Assembly (NCBI GenBank): GCA_964444785.1 | Contig: CAYUII010000005.1 | Location: forward strand, 101,500 to 165,499 | Source: an uncultured Bacteroidales bacterium | Lineage (GTDB): Bacteria; Bacteroidota; Bacteroidia; Bacteroidales; TTA-H9 | DNA length: 64,000 nucleotides | Direction of reading: 5' to 3' | Shown: positions 1 to 8,478 of the stretch, piece after piece | Position numbering within the stretch: the first letter of the stretch is position 1 | Layout of the letters: the number at the start of each line of letters is the position of its first letter | Made by a program: the position numbers and the translations under genes | The notes under the pieces: generated by a model | Seen by the model: the letters and a program-made list of their open reading frames with translations, nothing else | Told to the model about the DNA's origin: nothing | Databases searched by the model: none

Positions 1-1
1 C

Positions 2-190
2 ATGGTTCAACTACCCGAAGTGACAAAGGCAGAAGCTATAATCACAAACATGGCAGGTCAGGTTGTGGCTTCTCATTTTATCAACGCAGTAGGATTGATA
101 GAGCTTCCCGTTTCTGTTTCTTCTGGTATTTATGTGGTTAGTGTTAAAGGACAGGCTGGCATAGTTACACGTAAAGTATTTGTAAGGTAA
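2..190 (+). CDS. C-terminal fragment of a T9SS-secreted protein (type A sorting domain); 5' part lies outside the window
   Basis: Ends ...VSSGIYVVSVKGQAGIVTRKVFVR*, the typical T9SS CTD pattern (GxYxVxV...xxKxxV). Confidence 0.8.
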   Translation: MVQLPEVTKAEAIITNMAGQVVASHFINAVGLIELPVSVSSGIYVVSVKGQAGIVTRKVFVR

Positions 191-221
191 ATTAATGGAT
201 AACTCAAAAATAGGAAATACA

Positions 222-467
222 ATGAAAAAGAAAATTACAAAATGGGTTGTCATAGCTGCGCTGGTATTGTTTCCGGTGTTAGTTTTCTCTCAACCCTCAC
301 CGGGAGCTAATGCAAGCGGTACACCAGTTCAAGGTGCGCCAATAGCCGGAGGAGGTGCTCCTGGTGGCGGTGCTCCAGTAGGCGGTGGACTTGGCCTTTT
401 GCTCATTTTTGCTGCTGCTTATGGTGGAGGCAAATTATATGAACTTCGAAAAAAGATTGTCGAATAG
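222..467 (+). CDS. Small secreted, membrane-anchored protein with a PID-CTERM-like sorting domain
   Basis: ATG 222 (MKKKITKWVV) gives a signal peptide ending VFS-Q, then a Gly/Pro-rich linker, GAPVGGG, a hydrophobic helix LGLLLIFAAAYG and basic tail KLYELRKK; ORF track starts at 195. Confidence 0.7.
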   Translation: MKKKITKWVVIAALVLFPVLVFSQPSPGANASGTPVQGAPIAGGGAPGGGAPVGGGLGLLLIFAAAYGGGKLYELRKKIVE

Positions 468-522
468 GGTTGATAATAACCTCTATTCATCTTATTTCTG
501 TTTTTGGGGGTGAGAATTGGGC

Positions 523-790
523 TTTTCTCTTCGGATTCTCTGCGGTACTTCTTCGCTTCTTCTCCATATAAATATCATTTTAAAAAGAGAAAAAAGGAGT
601 GTTGATTTGCAGTCGGGAGGCCGCCAGATCGAAAAGACCAAGTTCTTTCCCCCTATAATTATCTTTTTCTTAATATCGGATATGATTATCCTATCCTTCT
701 CTGCTTTTAAGGTGGAGCTGTTTTAGTTCTCATTTGAACGATCAAAGAGCGAAGAAGAAGCGAAGAGCGAATGGAGGGGAAGGGGGCGTC
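523..790. repeat. Intergenic inverted element A built from ~11-nt CT-rich and GA-rich units
   Basis: CTTCTTCGCT (548-557) is the reverse complement of AGCGAAGAAG (748-757); 759-782 matches 32305-32328 at 22/24 nt. Confidence 0.65.
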
Positions 791-795
791 GAACC

Positions 796-1665
796 CTATT
801 TAAGAATGTAGTTTTTATACTCTCCCGGTCTCCATCCAGTCTGTTTTTCTATAAAGTGAAGTAAAGCGGCTTTCATTCCAAAGTTTTTCTTGGTCGGATC
901 AAATTCAAAAGACCAATTTACTCTCTTGATGCGGTCAATCATCTCTTTGGGATGAGAGCCAGTAAAGTGCGATAGAGAATCAATGTTGCTGTAATCGAAA
1001 AGGGTGGTGTTCCCTACATTTTTTTCTAACCATGAGTCATCGTGCCAGAGCTTATGGAAGTTTTTCTGTTTCTCTTGTTGTTTATCAGGAGGTTTAACCC
1101 ATCCATAGTGATGCATAAAGGCATTGGTCTGCTTGACAACTAGTTTACGATCATTGATTCGAAAGCCTTGGGCATCTCTATAACTTGACAGCCCAGCTTT
1201 GGGTTTTACTATACGAATCTCCTTGCGATACCATCTTCTTGAGTCTCCGATATAATCATAAGAGCCATAGAAATGAAGATAATTAACTAATAGCCCTTCC
1301 GTTATAGGGTCATCTTTGTAGTGCTCCATGGCCTTCATCAAATGAGGTAACCATTGTTCATGCATTACCTCATCTGCTTGAATATAGAAGCCCCAATCCG
1401 TATCTTCTGAGAGAGAATTAAGTGCTTTGTTGGTCTCCTCGGCTAATACCCGTCCCCCTGTTCGAAGAGACATATCCCACTTAGTGTCAATAATCTTGAT
1501 TTTATTTGCAGATATACTGCTTACTAACTCACGAGTCTCATCTTCGCTTTCACCAACAGCAACAACAAATTCATCGCAGATGGGGAGGATCGATTTTATG
1601 GATTCAACTACAGGGTAGTCATATTTAATGGCATTACGTATAATGGTGAACCCGGTGACCTTCAT
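796..1665 (-). CDS. Glycosyltransferase family 2 protein
   Basis: N-terminus MKVTGFTIIRNAIKYDYP; DXD-like IQADE motif. Confidence 0.85.
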   Translation of the reverse strand: MKVTGFTIIRNAIKYDYPVVESIKSILPICDEFVVAVGESEDETRELVSSISANKIKIIDTKWDMSLRTGGRVLAEETNKALNSLSEDTDWGFYIQADEVMHEQWLPHLMKAMEHYKDDPITEGLLVNYLHFYGSYDYIGDSRRWYRKEIRIVKPKAGLSSYRDAQGFRINDRKLVVKQTNAFMHHYGWVKPPDKQQEKQKNFHKLWHDDSWLEKNVGNTTLFDYSNIDSLSHFTGSHPKEMIDRIKRVNWSFEFDPTKKNFGMKAALLHFIEKQTGWRPGEYKNYILK

Positions 1666-1675
1666 GATGATTCTT

Positions 1676-3028
1676 TTAGAGCTCTTTTATACCGGTGTAA
1701 TTATGAGGATTGATCTTTAGAAGCTCCTCTTTCACTGATTGAGAGATGTCTAAACCCATGATGAAACCTCTTAAGGTGTCACGATTGATGTGTTCTCCTG
1801 TGCGGGTGAGGTTTTTTAGCGCCTCATATGGATGTGGGTAGTTTTCTCTTCTTAGTATAGTCTGGATAGCCTCAGCCACAACTGCCCAGTTGTTCTCCAG
1901 GTCTCTTTGTATTGCGGATTCATTTAAAAGTAACTTGCCGAGGCCTTTAGCTAAAGAATCGGTAGCTAGAAGCATGTGTCCAAACGGAACGCCAATGTTT
2001 CTTGTAACTGTGCTATCGGTTAGGTCTCTTTGTAATCTGGAAATGGGAAGTTTTGAGGCTAAGTGTTCGAAGAGGGCTATGGCTAGCCCAAGGTTGCCCT
2101 CCGCATTCTCATAATCAATTGGGTTGACCTTGTGAGGCATCGCCGATGATCCAACCTCTCCAGCTTTTACCTTCTGCTTAAAGTATTCCATTGATATGTA
2201 ACTCCACATATCGCGACATAAGTCAACTAAAATAACAGAAATCCTACGGAGGTTATCAAAGATGGCTGCCATACCATCATAATGCTCGATTTGGGTAGTG
2301 TATTGTTGCCGATCAATATTTAGGATGTCATTCAAAAAGGTATTGGCAAATGAAACCCAATCTATGTCTGGATAAGCTGCATAATGAGCATTAAAGTTAC
2401 CAGTGGCACCTCCAAACTTTCCGGAGTGAGGTAAGAAATGCAGCATTGATAATTGATTACGAAGCCTTTCTATATACACCATGACCTCTTTACCTAACCG
2501 CGTTGGCGAAGCTGGTTGCCCATGCGTGTGTGCTAACATCGAGACATCTGACCATTCATTGGCTAAATCGCTTAGCATGTTTACGATCTTCTCTATTGCA
2601 GGAACTAACACCTCTTTAAGAGCATCACGCATCATCATCGGTGTAGCGGTGTTGTTGATGTCTTGAGAGGTTAACCCAAAGTGAATAAACTCTTGGTATT
2701 TTTGAAATCCTAGACGATCAAATTGTTCACGAAGGTAATACTCAACAGCTTTAACGTCGTGATTGGTAACCCGCTCAATCTCTTTGATGCGATTAATTCC
2801 ATTGTCATCTATCTGAAGGTAGATCTCTCTTAATACAGAATAGTCCTTACGATTGAACTTTTCAAGTTGTGGCAGTGAGAGTCGACAGAGGGCAATGAAA
2901 TATTCTACTTCAACCTTTAACCGATATTCAATTAAAGCTCTCTCTGAAAAAAACGATGATAATGTTGCCGTTTTACTGTGGTATCTGCCATCAAGAGGCG
3001 AAAGGGCTGTTAAAGGTGTAAGTGCCAT
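1676..3028 (-). CDS. purB: Adenylosuccinate lyase
   Basis: LTALSPLDGRY, TNHDVKAVEY, THGQPASPT, fumarate-lyase signature GSSAMPHKVNPIDYEN. Confidence 0.97.
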   Translation of the reverse strand: MALTPLTALSPLDGRYHSKTATLSSFFSERALIEYRLKVEVEYFIALCRLSLPQLEKFNRKDYSVLREIYLQIDDNGINRIKEIERVTNHDVKAVEYYLREQFDRLGFQKYQEFIHFGLTSQDINNTATPMMMRDALKEVLVPAIEKIVNMLSDLANEWSDVSMLAHTHGQPASPTRLGKEVMVYIERLRNQLSMLHFLPHSGKFGGATGNFNAHYAAYPDIDWVSFANTFLNDILNIDRQQYTTQIEHYDGMAAIFDNLRRISVILVDLCRDMWSYISMEYFKQKVKAGEVGSSAMPHKVNPIDYENAEGNLGLAIALFEHLASKLPISRLQRDLTDSTVTRNIGVPFGHMLLATDSLAKGLGKLLLNESAIQRDLENNWAVVAEAIQTILRRENYPHPYEALKNLTRTGEHINRDTLRGFIMGLDISQSVKEELLKINPHNYTGIKEL

Positions 3029-3117
3029 AAGAATTTGATTTTAAGTTTGGTAGTGTTAAATGGTGTTCAGTGGCTTTAGAAATCGCCTCCATAAAATGAT
3101 CAAACTATTAATAATTA

Positions 3118-3125
3118 CAAAGGTA
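3118..3125 (-). promoter_or_regulatory. Bacteroidota sigmaA -7 box for purB
   Basis: Minus strand TACCTTTG matches TAnnTTTG, ~90 nt upstream of the purB start. Confidence 0.6.
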
Positions 3126-3228
3126 CAAACATATAAGATCGCTTCCAACCGTATCATGAAGCGATTACAGGCTCTCTTGCGGTAGCAGGCTTTCTATTGA
3201 TGTTTCTGCTGAGAAACTTATCATTTCT

Positions 3229-3236
3229 TACCTTTG
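3229..3236 (+). promoter_or_regulatory. Bacteroidota sigmaA -7 box for hutI
   Basis: TACCTTTG matches TAnnTTTG; divergent from the purB promoter. Confidence 0.55.
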
Positions 3237-3414
3237 TAAGAGAACTTCTGCTTTAACTTATTACGGTTTCACTATTGTTTTCTAATAAAAACGATGACTT
3301 ATTAAGATTTCTGATAAGTTTGAGGTTTCTTCTTTGATTAGATTGAATGAGGGGCTTTAATCTGAAACCGATGGTGTGTTAAATGAAGGAGTGGATAAAA
3401 ATAAAATTATTCTT

Positions 3415-4686
3415 ATGAAGACTCTATTTGTAAATATTGGTTTATTAGGTGGAATTACTGAATCGGAGGTGTTATTGAAGGCTGGCTCGGAAATGGGCTT
3501 ATTTGAAAGGATTGAGAATGCCTGGCTTTTGGTTGATGGAGAGCTAATTGATTCTTTTGGATCGATGAGTGAATTATCGATCAAGGTTGAGAAGCTAAAG
3601 GCTGAAAATATCTCATTTGATCAATACGATGTTCAGGGAGGGATGATGTTGCCTGCTTTTTGCGATTCACATACTCATTTGGTTTACGCAGGAAGTCGTG
3701 AGATTGAGTACATCGATAAGATAAAGGGACTTAGTTACGAGGAGATATTTGAGAGGGGAGGTGGTATCCTTAACTCTGCCCGGCGTTTGCATGAGGCATC
3801 GGAGGAGGAGCTTGTTGCGCAGGCGATGATTCGTTTGAATGAAATTATCAGATATGGTACTGGTGCCGTGGAGATTAAGAGTGGTTACGGATTATCTACT
3901 GAAGATGAATTAAAGATGCTGAGAGTCATCCGTAAGTTAAAAGAGCTCTCTCCTTTGACTATAAAAGCAACTTTTTTAGGTGCGCATGCTCTGCCGCTTG
4001 AATATAAAGGTCGTCAGTCAGAATACGTCGACCTTGTTATTAATGAGATGATTCCATTGGTAGCATCCGATGATTTGGCTGATTTCATAGATGTCTTTTG
4101 TGATAAAGGGTTTTTTACACCTGAGGAGACGGAACGCATGTTGATGGCCGGAATAAAATATGGCCTTCGTCCGAAGATTCATGCAAATGAATTGGACTAT
4201 AGCGGAGGTATTCAGGTTGGGGTCAAATACAATGCATTGTCGGTTGATCATCTTGAGTATACTGGTGAAGAGGAAATAGCTGTATTAAAGAGCTCAGAAA
4301 CGATGCCAACTATTCTTCCCGGGGCTGCTTTCTTCTTGAATATGGTACACGCACCTGCCCGTAAGATGATAGAAGCTGGATTACCTGTGGCTTTTGCCAG
4401 CGATTTTAATCCTGGATCTGCACCATCAGGTAATATGCAATTGATACTATCCATGGCATGTGTTCAATATCGTCTTCTTCCTGAAGAGGCGCTGAATGCA
4501 ACTACTCTTAACACTGCATATGCTATGGGGATAAGTGATGAGTTAGGAAGTGTCTGTGTAGGAAAGAGAGCCAATCTGATGATCACACATAGATTGCCTT
4601 CTCTTGAATTCTTGCCGTACGCATTTGGTAGCAACAAGGTTTCTGCAATGGTGCTCAACGGAGAGGTAATGGCCTTTAGCTGTTAG
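3415..4686 (+). CDS. hutI: Imidazolonepropionase
   Basis: PAFCDSHTHLV, EIKSGYGL, DVFCDKG, KIHANE, SVDHLE, ASDFNPGSAP motifs; ATG 3415 preferred over the TTG-type start at 3376. Confidence 0.95.
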   Translation: MKTLFVNIGLLGGITESEVLLKAGSEMGLFERIENAWLLVDGELIDSFGSMSELSIKVEKLKAENISFDQYDVQGGMMLPAFCDSHTHLVYAGSREIEYIDKIKGLSYEEIFERGGGILNSARRLHEASEEELVAQAMIRLNEIIRYGTGAVEIKSGYGLSTEDELKMLRVIRKLKELSPLTIKATFLGAHALPLEYKGRQSEYVDLVINEMIPLVASDDLADFIDVFCDKGFFTPEETERMLMAGIKYGLRPKIHANELDYSGGIQVGVKYNALSVDHLEYTGEEEIAVLKSSETMPTILPGAAFFLNMVHAPARKMIEAGLPVAFASDFNPGSAPSGNMQLILSMACVQYRLLPEEALNATTLNTAYAMGISDELGSVCVGKRANLMITHRLPSLEFLPYAFGSNKVSAMVLNGEVMAFSC

Positions 4687-4784
4687 TTTTCGATTTCTGC
4701 CTGATGCAATGGGTTGGTTTATTTGTTGTTATACTGGCAAAATTGTTTTCTGAGTAGTGTTTTGTAATTAAAATCAATAATCCA

Positions 4785-5732
4785 ATGCTTAGATTTAACC
4801 TCTTTCTATCATTGATTCTAGTTGTTCTTTTTGTTAATGGACAGAGTGAAGCTGTGCAACTTGATCGTGGAACCTTTCAGATAATGGGGGAGTTGCTGAT
4901 ACCAGCAAATGTCACTAAACCTGATGTTGTTCTGTTTATTTCAGGCAGCGGACCGACAGATCGTGACGGGAATCAAAAGAGTATGAAGAATAACTCGATT
5001 CTTCAGTTGGCGGTAGGACTTCAAAGCAATGGGATTGCATCTCTTCGATATGATAAACGGGGGATTGGAGCCAGCGTAATGAGATCGACTAATGAACGGT
5101 TGATGACTATTGACTCTTTAGTAGGCGATGCAGCCGATTGGATAGAGAAGTTGAAAAAGAGTGGTCGTTTTAATCGAGTGGTGGTAGCTGGCCATAGTGA
5201 GGGCTCACTAATAGGATTGTTAGCAGTATTAAAGGTCGGTGCTGATGGTTTTATCTCGATTAGTGGAGCTGGTCGTCGTGCTACAGACTTGTTGATGGAG
5301 CAACTATCGAAACAACCGGCAAAAGCAAAGAAGTATTATAAGAGTGCATTTGATACCTTGAGCCATGGGGATACACTTAAAGTGGTTGATACTTGGTTTT
5401 ATACCTTGTTAAGACCCTCCGTTCAACCTTATCTGATTAGTTGGTTTAAATACGATCCGGCTCAGTTAATGGGGGCTTTAAAGGTACCATCATTGATAAT
5501 TCAAGGGTTAAATGATCTTCAGATAAAGCAAACTGATGCTGAGTTATTGGCAGCAGCAAACAACAAATCCAGTCTCTGGTTAATTCCGGGAATGAATCAT
5601 GTCCTTAAGATGACAGAAGCTTCAGATATTAATGGACAGATGTCATCCTATACTACTCCTGATAGTCCAATAAATTCAGAGTTAGTGCCAGGAATGAAGC
5701 GGTTTATTTCAGGGTTGCCTTCATCGCATTAA
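4785..5732 (+). CDS. Secreted alpha/beta hydrolase
   Basis: Signal peptide; SGSGPTDRDGN, YDKRG, nucleophile GHSEG, catalytic D (GLND) and H (GMNH). Confidence 0.85.
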   Translation: MLRFNLFLSLILVVLFVNGQSEAVQLDRGTFQIMGELLIPANVTKPDVVLFISGSGPTDRDGNQKSMKNNSILQLAVGLQSNGIASLRYDKRGIGASVMRSTNERLMTIDSLVGDAADWIEKLKKSGRFNRVVVAGHSEGSLIGLLAVLKVGADGFISISGAGRRATDLLMEQLSKQPAKAKKYYKSAFDTLSHGDTLKVVDTWFYTLLRPSVQPYLISWFKYDPAQLMGALKVPSLIIQGLNDLQIKQTDAELLAAANNKSSLWLIPGMNHVLKMTEASDINGQMSSYTTPDSPINSELVPGMKRFISGLPSSH

Positions 5733-5767
5733 GATTTTCTAAGTTGTTATGAAAGGAGCGTGATAAT

Positions 5768-5798
5768 AAAAAAAGCCACCTAAGATAGGCGGCTTTTT
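5768..5798. terminator. Bidirectional intrinsic terminator between the hydrolase and yebC
   Basis: AAAAAGCCACCTA-AGA-TAGGCGGCTTTTT between convergent genes. Confidence 0.75.
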
Positions 5799-5819
5799 CT
5801 GTTTTCTTACTGCAGATGA

Positions 5820-6566
5820 TTACATTGCATCAACGATTTCATCGGTCATCTCCATGTTGTGGTAGATATTCTGCACATCATCATCTTCTTCGAAGATCTC
5901 AACCACTCTTAGAACCTTTTTAGCAGTATCCGGGTCAATGTCCATTGTTGTGATAGGAAGCCTTTGAAGTTGGGCACTTTCCGTCTCGATATTCATTGCT
6001 TCAAGGCGTTTCATGATGCTTCCGAAGTCTTCCATGGCAGAGGTGACTGTAATGAGACCATTTTCATCATCGATATCGATATCTTCGGCACCAGCGTCGA
6101 TGACCTCCATTTCGAAAGTATCAATGTCAGTTACATTGGCTCTTGGGATATTAAAGATGCCTTTACGGTCGAATACATGTGCCAGTGAACCATTTGTACC
6201 AAGGTTACCACCATATTTATTGAAGACGGCGCGAACATTAGCTACCGTTCTTTGGAGGTTATCGGTTAAACACTCAATGAAGATGGCAACGCCATGTACA
6301 TAACCTTCGTAAGTAGTTTCAGTAAAACTTGCCCCATCTTTATCACCGCCTTTACTGATGGCACGCTGAATGTTATCCTTGGGCATACTGGCTCCCTTGG
6401 CATTGGCGATTGCTAATCGAAGACGCGGGTTACCGTCAGGATCGTTGCCTCCTTCTCTTACGGCAATTGTAATTTCTTTAATAATCTTAGAAAAGATCTT
6501 CGAGCGCTTGGCGTCCAGTGCACCTTTTTTACGCTTGATGGTTGACCACTTATTATGTCCTGACAT
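5820..6566 (-). CDS. yebC: YebC/PmpR family DNA-binding regulator / translation-associated factor
   Basis: MSGHNKWSTIKRKKG, NPRLRLAI, YEGY, EEDDDVQNIYHN. Confidence 0.95.
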   Translation of the reverse strand: MSGHNKWSTIKRKKGALDAKRSKIFSKIIKEITIAVREGGNDPDGNPRLRLAIANAKGASMPKDNIQRAISKGGDKDGASFTETTYEGYVHGVAIFIECLTDNLQRTVANVRAVFNKYGGNLGTNGSLAHVFDRKGIFNIPRANVTDIDTFEMEVIDAGAEDIDIDDENGLITVTSAMEDFGSIMKRLEAMNIETESAQLQRLPITTMDIDPDTAKKVLRVVEIFEEDDDVQNIYHNMEMTDEIVDAM

Positions 6567-6677
6567 TTTATTTAGAAGTTAAGGTTTGATTTTGTGCCTA
6601 TTAAGAATAAGAATGCAAAAATAATAAAAAAATAGTGCTTTTCTACCATCATTTATAGGCAAGAGTTAGGTAGATTG

Positions 6678-6713
6678 AAAAAAAACAAAGAGACCGACTA
6701 CAAAGCCGGCCTC
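6678..6713 (-). terminator. Intrinsic terminator of the GIN-domain gene
   Basis: Minus strand GAGGCCGGC-TTTGTA-GTCGGTCTC followed by a T-tract; G:U pairs form on this strand. Confidence 0.7.
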
Positions 6714-6775
6714 CTTACGTCAATAAAAATAATGTAGTTCTAAATCAGAGAGTAAAAAAGTCATAAGTATTGGGA

Positions 6776-8398
6776 TTACCAACTAATTAGAGTAATTCCA
6801 ATGGAGTAGGGGTAGAGCTCAGGGCCTTTTCCATCGCGGAAGAGGGTGGTTAGGCTGTATTTTCCGAACAGATTGATATAACCCCAACCTATTCTGAGCA
6901 TTGCTTCTGCCTTTAAAGGGGTAATGTGGAAGTCATCATGCGTCTTCATAACTCCGTCATCTGAAGTTGTACTGGTACCTACAAGGTGTGAGGTAGCGAA
7001 GTTCTCTCCATCATATAATTCGAAAGGCATATTCTTTTGTGAAAAGACTCTCTTGGTATGTGAGCCGAGTCTTAGACCCAGAAGAACCCCTGCACTAACG
7101 TGAAATTTTTCGATTTTTCTGCTTGGGTGGTTCTGATATTCAAAAAGGATGGGTAGTGTGAGATAGCTGATGGTCAACTTTGATTTCTCCATGTCAACCC
7201 CTTTGTTGTAATAGCCATGAATGCCATTTGATGAGTCAGTGATGGTGACATTATTTCTAAATCTGAAGTTGGTCCATTCTATTCCAAGACCTGTTATCAG
7301 TCCGATGGTTCCAGATGAGTTAAGTTGGATGTTTTGTTCGTAGAGGTTGAGGTGAACACCTACCGACTTAGTCATGTTGTAGTCCATGAAATTGGTCGCT
7401 TCATCGAAGTTGCTGTTCATATCGCTATTAAGATATCCATTGACACTGAGGTCGAATCCACCCCAGTGGCCATCGAAAGAGTTTGTGCGATAGTTCTTTT
7501 TTAGCTTAACATTGCCATCTTCATCAACGACTAGACGATGACGACCAACTTGAACTTCAGTTACCCCATTTCTTTCATTGACCTTAACCCCTAATTTTTT
7601 CGATAATCTAACGTTTACTGTATCCTCATTAGCTCCCGATACGATATCGTTAACCTCCTCATCGTCGGTATCTTCATCGATCTCGTTTTCGTCTTCTTCA
7701 GCTGATTTATTGGTAGTTAGAATAGTAGGGTTGTTTTGATACTTAATTGAACCGGCTCCCGATGTTGTAGCCGAGACCACACCTGTTCCTGCAATCTTTA
7801 TATCACCGGCTCCAGAAGCATTGACTACGCTTTTGGGTGTGTCAAGACGTTCCGCTTTAAGGGAACCAGCTCCACTAACTTCTGCTTCTAATGAGGTAGC
7901 AACACCCGTAAGAACTACATCAGCAGCTCCTGAGATCTCAACCGATACGTCGCCAGCATTAAGGTTGACATTCACATTAGAGGCTCCGCTAGCTTCCATC
8001 TCAAACTTGGATGCAGAAAGAGTAGTGCCTGAAACGGTGTAGACATTGGCTGCTCCACTTACATCTAGAGAGGTAAGGTTGGGTAAAGAGATATAGATGT
8101 TAAGCTCAGATGGGTTTTTGATGTTCCCTTTTGATTTAATCTCAAGAACATTACCTTCAACCTCTGTGATGATATGATCCATAAGGTTATCATCGCTTTC
8201 AACAGTAAGTGAGATTTTTTCAGATGGCGTAATCTCAACATTAAAGGCTCCTCCTACTTTAATGCCTGTAAAACTGCCCACTTCTCTTGTCTGCTTGATA
8301 ACCTCTCCACTGCCGCTTGTTCTCTGTGCCTGTAATGCAAAGGGCAAAATGCATAGAACTAATGCCAGAGAAAATAGAGTTGTAAGTTTCGTTTTCAT
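6776..8398 (-). CDS. Secreted head GIN (DUF2807) domain protein fused to a C-terminal outer-membrane beta-barrel
   Basis: Signal peptide; GSGEVIKQTREVGSFTGI start; repeated xSGAG/SGAS beta-helix units; acidic linker; barrel-like C-terminus ending GITLISW. Confidence 0.8.
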   Translation of the reverse strand: MKTKLTTLFSLALVLCILPFALQAQRTSGSGEVIKQTREVGSFTGIKVGGAFNVEITPSEKISLTVESDDNLMDHIITEVEGNVLEIKSKGNIKNPSELNIYISLPNLTSLDVSGAANVYTVSGTTLSASKFEMEASGASNVNVNLNAGDVSVEISGAADVVLTGVATSLEAEVSGAGSLKAERLDTPKSVVNASGAGDIKIAGTGVVSATTSGAGSIKYQNNPTILTTNKSAEEDENEIDEDTDDEEVNDIVSGANEDTVNVRLSKKLGVKVNERNGVTEVQVGRHRLVVDEDGNVKLKKNYRTNSFDGHWGGFDLSVNGYLNSDMNSNFDEATNFMDYNMTKSVGVHLNLYEQNIQLNSSGTIGLITGLGIEWTNFRFRNNVTITDSSNGIHGYYNKGVDMEKSKLTISYLTLPILFEYQNHPSRKIEKFHVSAGVLLGLRLGSHTKRVFSQKNMPFELYDGENFATSHLVGTSTTSDDGVMKTHDDFHITPLKAEAMLRIGWGYINLFGKYSLTTLFRDGKGPELYPYSIGITLISW

Positions 8399-8432
8399 AG
8401 TTTAGAAATTTTTCGTTTCGTGCGTCTAAATT

Positions 8433-8465
8433 TGTGACGTTGCACGATTTTGAAATGTTACAGCT
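8433..8465 (-). promoter_or_regulatory. ECF sigma-type promoter for the GIN-domain gene
   Basis: Minus strand AGCTGTAACAT-N15-CGTCACA (TGTAAC-N17-CGTC); both boxes identical to the motif at 14502-14534. Confidence 0.75.
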
Positions 8466-8478
8466 TCTTTAAGAAAAT

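Noticed and set aside
222-467. RiPP precursor with a repeated core
   Set aside because: Has a Sec signal and a TM anchor, and no modifying enzymes or peptidase-ABC exporter nearby; a sorting-signal protein fits better
517-726. 69-aa ORF inside repeat element A (also 32162-32359 inside element C)
   Set aside because: Non-ATG starts, low-complexity translation derived from the repeat arms, no protein-like features
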